This document shows, piece by piece, positions 54,326-64,000 of a DNA stretch of 64,000 nucleotides. This stretch comes from Longimicrobiales bacterium (GTDB lineage Bacteria > Gemmatimonadota > Gemmatimonadetes > Longimicrobiales > Gaopeijiaceae): assembly GCA_965202985.1 (NCBI GenBank), contig CBDBCF010000001.1, positions 2,400,001 to 2,464,000 on the forward strand, read 5' to 3'. The position numbers were made by a program, and so were the translations under genes. Below the pieces are notes generated by a model, which was given only the letters and a program-made list of their open reading frames with translations, did no database searches and had not been told where the DNA came from. Every line of letters begins with the position of its first letter. The first letter of the stretch is position 1.

Positions 54326-55426
54326 ATGTCGGGACGGGCGCTGGGGCCGTTTCTCCTATTCCTCGCCGGCAGTTGCGTTGACGGAGGCGCCGAGTTGGGG
54401 CGCGTCAGGCTGCTGATCGAGTCGAGCTCCTGTTCCGAATGCACAATCGAACTGGTCGAGGTCGCGAGGCTGGGCCATCCGAGCGATTCGGTTTCCTTGA
54501 CACGCGACATCGCTCACAGGTCTTGCATGGCCGCCGAACTGGCGTCGGGCGAGTGGGTGGCGGGCGGACTGGTGGGCGGCGGCGGTCCAGCCGTGTACGA
54601 TGCAACGGGGCGCTTGGCGAGGCGAATCGGGCGCGCAGGGGAGGGTCCGGGAGAGTACGGTAGGAACGTTCGCGTTGTATCGGCTCCTGGGGCGCTGCAC
54701 GTGGTGGACAATTCGAACTTGCGAGCGACCGAGCTTGCGCTGCCCGGGCTTCGGGAGATTCGTTCGTTTCGACTGGGACGGCGCGTGCAGGCCGTGGCGT
54801 TGTTGGAGAGCGGCGAGATGTTGTTGCATGGCAGGGCCTCGGGGAGTCCAGGGAGCAACGAACTGCGCTTCGCCTTGGTGAACCTTGCAACTCACGATGA
54901 ACGCAACTTCGGCGAACCATCGGAGGAACTGGCGGACCTCGACCAATGGGTTGTGAGTCCGGCGCGCGGCGGGGGATTCTGGGCGGCAAGCGGCTGGACG
55001 TACGAACTCCACAGATGGGCCGACGCGGACTCTATTGCGTTCACGCTGGTGCGGGGCGACGTGCCGTGGTTTCCGGCGGACAACAAGTACTCGGACGCCA
55101 TGTACGAGACGGAGCCTCCCCCGTCGTGGTTTGTGCACGCATGGGAGACTTCCGACAGCCTGCTGTGGACTTACTCGCAAGTGCCCGACGCCGACTGGAA
55201 CGCGGAGCTGTCGGTGCCATCGAGCCCCGCCGAGGACGAAGAAGTCTTCGACATGGTCATCGAGGTGATCGACCTGCGCAGTGCGGCCGTCATCGCGCAC
55301 ATGCGCTTTCGCACGATCCTGGGTCCCGTGTGCGGCAGTCCATTGATGTACGCGGCCGGCGAGACGGAGCTGGGGGACGTGCGTTTGGTGTTGCTGGAGC
55401 CTCGCTTGACGCGCGGACCGGACTGA
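54326..55426 (+). CDS. Putative beta-propeller lipoprotein
   Basis: Signal LLFLAGSC; IGRAGEGPGEY motif. Confidence 0.6.
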   Translation: MSGRALGPFLLFLAGSCVDGGAELGRVRLLIESSSCSECTIELVEVARLGHPSDSVSLTRDIAHRSCMAAELASGEWVAGGLVGGGGPAVYDATGRLARRIGRAGEGPGEYGRNVRVVSAPGALHVVDNSNLRATELALPGLREIRSFRLGRRVQAVALLESGEMLLHGRASGSPGSNELRFALVNLATHDERNFGEPSEELADLDQWVVSPARGGGFWAASGWTYELHRWADADSIAFTLVRGDVPWFPADNKYSDAMYETEPPPSWFVHAWETSDSLLWTYSQVPDADWNAELSVPSSPAEDEEVFDMVIEVIDLRSAAVIAHMRFRTILGPVCGSPLMYAAGETELGDVRLVLLEPRLTRGPD

Positions 55427-55548
55427 CGGCGAGTAGGGCGAACTCGGGCGTTGGAGGGGTAGCCAAGAACTGGGCGGTCATGGTAGTCTTGGGGTACGCG
55501 GGCCTTCGGAGGCCCTGATTGGCGGGATACTCTCGGAGGATAGTCGTC

Positions 55549-56922
55549 ATGCGGAAGGCGCAAGAGCGGGTCGCGGCGGTGCTCACGGCGGCGATCGCCG
55601 CCGTGGTTGTTGCGGCGGCCCCTGCGTCCGGTGCTCTCGCGGCCCAGCAAGGGCACGGCGCCGGCCACGGTGGACATGGGGCGGGCCACGGCGCCGACGG
55701 TCCCACGGTGCTTCGCGCCGCCCGCATGATCGACGTGGAGACGGGCGCGGTGCACGCCGACGCCGTGCTCGTGATCGAGAACGGCCTGATCGCGGCGGTC
55801 AACCCGGCTTCGGTGCCGGAGGCGGGGCACGACATGGACCTGGGGGACGTGACGCTGTTGCCGGGCTTCATCGACGCGCACACCCACCTGGGCGGCCAGC
55901 TGAGCGCCGCGAGCTTCACCGACGCCGTGACGATGACCGAGGCGCGCGGGGCCTACAACGCCGTCAAGTACGGAGGCGTCACGGTCCGCGCGGGCTTCAC
56001 CACCGTGCGGGACTTCGGAGGCGACGTGACCGTCGAGCTGGGCAAGGCGGTGGAGCGGGGCGACGTGGTGGCGCCTCGGGTCGTGCCGTCGCGCCATCCG
56101 CTGGGCATCACCGGCGGCCATTGCGACGCGACGGGCTTCGCGCCGGGGATCCTGGAGGCCGGACCGGAGCGGGGCGTCGCCGACGGCCCGTGGGAGGTCG
56201 TGGAGGCGGTGCGCTACCAGATCAAGCACGGCGCCAAGGTTATCAAGACCTGCGCTACCGCGGGCGTGCTCTCGATGGAGGGCCCGGTCGGCGCCCAGCA
56301 GTACACCTTGGAGGAGCTCGAGGCCATGGTTGAAGAGGCCGCGCGCCACGGGATCAAGGTCGCCGCCCACGCCCACGGCGCCGACGGGATCCTGGCGGCG
56401 GTGCAGGCCGGAGTCGCCTCGATCGAGCACGGCTCGGTGCTGACCGACGAGATCATGGACCTGATGATCGAGAAGGGCACCTACTTGGTTCCCACCACCT
56501 ACTTGGTGGACCGCATCTCGCTGGACGTGCTGCCCCCCTTGGTGCGCCGAAAGGCCGAGGAGATCCTGCCCGTGGCCCGCGCCAGCACCCGGCGAGCGGT
56601 GGAGCGAGGCGTGCTCGTCGCCTTCGGCACCGACGCCGGCGTCTTCCCCCACGGCGAGAACGCGGGCGAGTTCCAGGTCTACGTGGACATGGGCATGACG
56701 GAACTGGAAGCCCTGCGCACCGCCACCGTCCAAGCAGCGGACCTGCTGGACACGCCCGACCGGGGGCGCTTGGCGGAGGGGATGCTAGCGGATGTGATCG
56801 CGGTGCCGGGCAACCCGCTGGACGACATCGGGGTCACGCGAGACGTGAGGTTCGTCATGCTCGGAGGCCGGGTGATCAAGCACGTTGTGGGCGGCCGCGA
56901 CATGCACTCGATGGAGCGGTGA
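55549..56922 (+). CDS. Secreted amidohydrolase (Xaa-Pro dipeptidase-like)
   Basis: LPGFIDAHTH, GFTTVRD, TGGHCD, AAHAHG, SIEHG, FGTDAG. Confidence 0.9.
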   Translation: MRKAQERVAAVLTAAIAAVVVAAAPASGALAAQQGHGAGHGGHGAGHGADGPTVLRAARMIDVETGAVHADAVLVIENGLIAAVNPASVPEAGHDMDLGDVTLLPGFIDAHTHLGGQLSAASFTDAVTMTEARGAYNAVKYGGVTVRAGFTTVRDFGGDVTVELGKAVERGDVVAPRVVPSRHPLGITGGHCDATGFAPGILEAGPERGVADGPWEVVEAVRYQIKHGAKVIKTCATAGVLSMEGPVGAQQYTLEELEAMVEEAARHGIKVAAHAHGADGILAAVQAGVASIEHGSVLTDEIMDLMIEKGTYLVPTTYLVDRISLDVLPPLVRRKAEEILPVARASTRRAVERGVLVAFGTDAGVFPHGENAGEFQVYVDMGMTELEALRTATVQAADLLDTPDRGRLAEGMLADVIAVPGNPLDDIGVTRDVRFVMLGGRVIKHVVGGRDMHSMER

Positions 56923-56947
56923 CGGGAATGGTTCGCGATGTCGGCTA

Positions 56948-56976
56948 TTGACGAAGCCGCCGGCCGTCGCCATCTT
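56948..56976 (+). promoter_or_regulatory. Putative sigma70 promoter
   Basis: TTGACG-N17-CATCTT. Confidence 0.4.
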
Positions 56977-57034
56977 CATTGAGACGACGGACACGGGCCC
57001 GTGGGCCCAGACCACCTGAGCGAAAGGCAGCGAA

Positions 57035-57478
57035 ATGATGGGAGCCATTCATGTCGACGTTAAGGTCAGCAATTTCAACGACCGGCTGCGCAGCTGGACA
57101 GGCCGCTTCTTGGTGGACACGGGTGCTACGGATTCGGTCGTACCCCGGAACCGCCTGGAAGCCATTGGGATAACCCCGGAGAGACAGCGAGTCTATGAGC
57201 TGGCGGACGGGCGGCAGGAGATCATGGACATTGCGGGTGCTCGGATTGAATTCATGGGCGAATTCACGGTTGGCCTGGTCGTCTTCGGAGACCCGAATTC
57301 AGAGCCACTGCTGGGTGTAACCGCACTGGAGTCAGTGGGCGTGGAAATCGATCCACGAAACCAGCGACTGACGAAACTGTCGGCCGTAAGGTTGAAGGGG
57401 ATGGACTGCCTGCCACCCCCGACACGAAGTCGGCCAGCGTCACTGGACATGGACCGATATGGGAGTGATAGCCGATGA
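57035..57478 (+). CDS. Clan AA (retropepsin-like) aspartic protease
   Basis: FLVDTGATDS, YELADG, EPLLGVTALE. Confidence 0.85.
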   Translation: MMGAIHVDVKVSNFNDRLRSWTGRFLVDTGATDSVVPRNRLEAIGITPERQRVYELADGRQEIMDIAGARIEFMGEFTVGLVVFGDPNSEPLLGVTALESVGVEIDPRNQRLTKLSAVRLKGMDCLPPPTRSRPASLDMDRYGSDSR

Positions 57479-57959
57479 CTCTAGCGGGTGACAATCCGAT
57501 CAAGTGCGCGGATGAAGATGTCCTGAACCGCACGACGTATGCACAGGATATTGCGTCAACGATCTTAGAACTAGATCGTTCTGAAGGTATTGTCGTAGGG
57601 GTTGTAGGACCCTGGGGATCGGGCAAAACCTCTCTTCTGAATCTCGTCAAAGAAAACCTCTTGTCGAGACACGCTATTGAAGCGATCGAATTCAATCCAT
57701 GGCTGTTTAGCAGTGCAAATGACCTGATCAACGCATTGCTGCATGAATTGGCATCGCGTGTATACAACACTAAGTATAAGACCGTTGGCAAAAATCTGCG
57801 CAAATACGCTGCCCTGCTTGCTGAGTTGGCTGCAAGCTACTTCGGAGCTGGTGAGGCTGTGTCCGTCACGCGAAGAATCATAAGAAGAATCATGTGCACT
57901 CTAACAAAGAAGAGGCCGCCTCTTGCCGAACTAAGGCGAAAAATCGAAGAAGAAATGAG
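57475..57959 (+). pseudogene. KAP family P-loop NTPase, truncated by ISL3
   Basis: DNPI...DVLNR, VGVVGPWGSGKTSLLN, EFNPWLF. Ends at the IS boundary before Walker B. Confidence 0.85.
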
Positions 57960-59352
57960 GGCTCTTCGCTTAACCTAGTGGGTTCGCGGTTGGGCAGGGT
58001 GCTGAGCATCGCTTGTCGAGGAAGGCGGGACGAGGGGTCTGGGGGGTCACCGGCGGGCGGTGCGGGGCGAGAGGTCGAGGCCGCCGAGGTGGAAGAGGAT
58101 GGCGGTGACGAAGCGGTCGTAGTTGCGGAAGCCGCGGCTGCGGGCCTTGACCATCTGGATCCTGCTGTTGATGCTCTCGGCCGGGCCGTTGGTCGCTCGC
58201 AGCACGACGGCGTTGAGGATGCCCCACAGATGGGCGCCGACCATCTCGGCGACCTTGTGGACGGGCGCGAGCCCGCAGCCCGACGCCCATTGCAGCCAGT
58301 GCAGCCAAGCGTTCTCGGCCGAGCCCCGGAGCTTGTAGTCCCACAGCTTCGATGCCGCCTCCTTCACCGCCCAGGCGCGGGCGGTCCGGTCCACGTTCTT
58401 GCGCAGCGCCGCGAACGCCAGCTTCTCGGCGTGACTCGTCCGGCCGCGACCGGTCAGCCACCGGTAGCGCGTCCTCGCGAGCACGGCGCTGCCCTGCGCC
58501 AGCAGCTCGCGGTGCTCGGCGCGCCGCACCTTGTCCACCGCGTCCGCCAGGTGCTTGGCCACATGGAAGCGGTCGAACGCCGTCTTCAGCTCCGCGCCCG
58601 GCACCCACTCCCCCGTCGCCGCCACGTAGGGACCCCACATGTCCATCGACACGCTCTCCAACCCGGCCAGCCAGCCGCCGTCCCTGCTCCGGTAGAACTG
58701 CGCCAGCGACTCTCGGGTCCGGCCCTTCGCCACGTGCAGCACGCGCCCCGTGTCCGTGTCCGACACGATCGTCGCGTACCGGTGTCCGCGCTTGACCGAC
58801 GTCTCGTCCACCGCCAGCCGCCGGACCGGCTCCGCCTTCCGGCGCTCGAGCCCCCGGCGCACCGCCCGCTCCATGATGCCGCTCACAGCGTTCCAACTCA
58901 TCCGCATGCGCTTCGACACCCCCAGGATGCTGGCCTCCCCGAGCCACGCCGTCACCTCCTCCTCGAACGCCGCCGTGTACCTCGACCTGTCCGCCGCCCA
59001 GGGCATCGATGCCGTCCTCACCCCGTGCTCCGGACACTCGACCCGAGGCAGGTCGCAGACCACGAACGTCTTGTAGCCCCAAGCGTCCAGGTGCCGCCAC
59101 TCCCGCTCCCGAGCGTCGTATCCCGGACACGGCCGGCCGCACTCGGGACACGTCAACGGCTCGCCCGTCCGCCTCGCCACGCGCACCCGCGCCTCCATCA
59201 GCACCGGGTCCTCCTCGACCCCCTTCACCTCCCAGCCCGGCCCCAACGCCATCAAGCTCTCCACCCACCTCCGCATCTCCATCCTCGCCTCCTCGGTTCA
59301 TGGTCCATGTCGCCCCTCATCCTACACAGCCCACAACATATGGGGAAGCGCC
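57960..59352 (-). mobile_element. ISL3 family insertion sequence
   Basis: Imperfect terminal IRs GGCTCTTCGCTTAACCTAGTGGG and GGCGCTTCCCCATATGTTGTGGG. No target duplication (GAAATGAG vs AAGGATTT). Confidence 0.85.
58047..59282 (-). CDS. ISL3 family transposase
   Basis: CPECG zinc finger, AVDETS, VSMDMW, FDRFHV, TNGPAESINSRIQ...GFRN. Confidence 0.95.
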   Translation of the reverse strand: MEMRRWVESLMALGPGWEVKGVEEDPVLMEARVRVARRTGEPLTCPECGRPCPGYDAREREWRHLDAWGYKTFVVCDLPRVECPEHGVRTASMPWAADRSRYTAAFEEEVTAWLGEASILGVSKRMRMSWNAVSGIMERAVRRGLERRKAEPVRRLAVDETSVKRGHRYATIVSDTDTGRVLHVAKGRTRESLAQFYRSRDGGWLAGLESVSMDMWGPYVAATGEWVPGAELKTAFDRFHVAKHLADAVDKVRRAEHRELLAQGSAVLARTRYRWLTGRGRTSHAEKLAFAALRKNVDRTARAWAVKEAASKLWDYKLRGSAENAWLHWLQWASGCGLAPVHKVAEMVGAHLWGILNAVVLRATNGPAESINSRIQMVKARSRGFRNYDRFVTAILFHLGGLDLSPRTARR

Positions 59353-59813
59353 AAGGATTTGAAGTTCAGTCTAGGCATGAAGGAGCGGATCTCGAGATCA
59401 TCTTAGGCGATAGCGGCAGGTTTGACCTAGTTCGCGAGGCGCGAATGTGGCTTGTGGAGATCAAAGCGACCAGGGCCGACATCGTTCGGATGAGCCGGGC
59501 CCAGGCGAGGGAGGCAGTAGACAGGGGAAACGAGTATCTTCTGTGCGTTGTACCAACTGGGAAAGAAGATACGCCGACTTCGGAGACGGTACGGGGTAGC
59601 ATGAGATTTGTGGAAGACATAGGGTTGCGACTGACCGAGCTGGTCCAAGGGGCCAACAAACTTGATCAGGAACGGGGCAAACTGATTTCGGACGAGAAGC
59701 AGGGAGTTCGGCTGGAGGTGGAGCGTGGTGTCGAGAGATTTCGGATATCAGAAACGGTATGGGCGGCTGGCTTTTCGATTGACGAGTTGCTTGGCAAGCT
59801 ACTAAACGGGTAG
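59353..59813 (+). pseudogene. C-terminal DUF3883 (NOV-C, PD-(D/E)xK) fragment lacking its 5' end
   Basis: GFEVQSRHEGADLEI...LVEIKAT...VRMSRAQA...YLLCVV begins directly at the IS end. Confidence 0.65.
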
Positions 59814-59953
59814 AATGTCCATCGCCACGCCGATAAGTGCGGCGAGGTATGCGACTATTGATTGCGCGGATGGCGAATAGGGCAACACCCATGGTCGATG
59901 ATGTGATTGGTACACAGAGGCGGCGCATGAGGAAAATCCCGGCCGCGTCACCT

Positions 59954-62877
<2,924 letters not shown>

Positions 62878-62881
<4 letters not shown>

Positions 62882-64000
62882 GACTCGGGCAGCGCCAAGG
62901 CCACGAGTTCGCCCGGATGTCCCGGCGCGCCCACCGCCATCACCACGAACTGCCGCCCTTCGTGCATGTAGGTCATCGGCAGGCCCGTCTGGTTGGCGGG
63001 CAACTCGATCTCGGCCACCACGGCGCCGGTCGCCTTGTCGTGAGCCCGAAAGATGTTCCCTCCCGACCCCGACGCGGCGTACATGCCCCCGCCTTCGCCG
63101 GCAAAGAGAAGCGTCTTCGTGGCCAGCACGCCCCCGCGGTCCTGGCGCCCGGTCCGTCCCACCTCGATCCCGGCCAGCGCCGGATGCTCCTTCACCCAGT
63201 CCGGGGCGTCGCCGTTGGGTACTTGCCACGCGATCTCCCCGGCGTTGAGGTCGATCGCCGTGATCCGTCCCCACGGCGGCTTGAACAGCGGCAACCCCTG
63301 GGGACCGCCGCCTCGGCGCAGCCGCAGACCGCCGCCCCGCACGTAGTCCATGCTGGAGACCTCGGGGTCGTGCACCAGCGAGATGACGCTGGGGTGCGTC
63401 GCGGACTGCACGAACAGGTACCCGCTCTCGGGGTCGAAGGCGCCGCCCGGCCAGTTGGCGCCCCCCAGCGACCCCGGCACCATGAGCGTGCCCTGCGTGC
63501 CTTCCTCCGTGGCCAGCGACGGCGGCGTGTAGAGGGGGCCCCAGCGCAGCTGCGCCAAGATCGCTTCGGCTTCGGCGCGCAGCTCGGGCGTGAAGTCGAT
63601 CAGCTCCGCCGGGTCCACGCCCTGGCGGTCGAAGGGCGGAGGCTTGGTGGGGAAGGGCTGGGTCGGCGCAGCGCGCTCGCCGGGAACGTCCGACGGGGGA
63701 ACGGCGCGCTCCTCCACGGGCCACACGGGTTCGCCCGTCCGACGGTCCAGGACGAAGGTGAAGGTCTGCTTGGTGAGCTGCGCCACGGCGGGAACGGGTC
63801 GCCCGTCCACGACCAGATCGGCCAGCACGGGCGCCGCCGGAGGGTCGTAGTCCCAGATGCCGTGGTGGACGGTCTGGAAGTGCCAGGCGCGCTCGCCCGT
63901 CTCGGCGTGCAGGGCGACCAGGCTTTGCGAGAACAGGTTGTCGCCCGGCCGGTGTCCCCCGTAGTAGTCGCCGGTGCCCGCCTCGACGGGCAGGTACACG
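62878..64000 (-). CDS. PQQ-dependent glucose/quinate-type dehydrogenase, C-terminal part (5' end outside the window)
   Basis: WHFQTVHHGIWDYD, PTQPFP, GGANWPG, KPPWGRITAIDL, PMTY. Confidence 0.9.

Overview
High-GC bacterial chromosomal window. The gene repertoire (secreted beta-propellers, DPP-IV, Ig-repeat M8 protease, TonB receptor) looks Gemmatimonadota-like, possibly host-associated; this is inference. Housekeeping blocks include an S9 peptidase, tRNA-Ile, NCS2 permease, acyl-CoA dehydrogenase-tatA-MFS-trmJ, gcvH-gcvP-MBL hydrolase-lipoate ligase, exbB-lytic transglycosylase, a cusCBA-like RND efflux system, peptidases, a TonB receptor and a PQQ dehydrogenase. These alternate with defence-rich accessory DNA: (i) a MTase-TRD gene at the left edge; (ii) a 9.5-kb coupled operon TIR - SLOG - HTH/HsdM/single-TRD fusion - AlbA/Schlafen-type protein - array of ~10 palindromic repeats - HsdR - M48 protease, preceded by a perfect inverted repeat; (iii) decayed AAA-ATPase/nuclease duplicates; (iv) an NYN RNase - PD-(D/E)xK - ATPase cluster headed by a predicted ~96-nt structured RNA; (v) a single-polypeptide restriction-modification enzyme with a C18 tract; (vi) a KAP NTPase/DUF3883 locus apparently collapsed by an ISL3. 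The best novel-system candidates are (ii) and (iv). Several +1 frameshifts may be sequencing errors. All calls come from reading motifs by eye; no searches were run.
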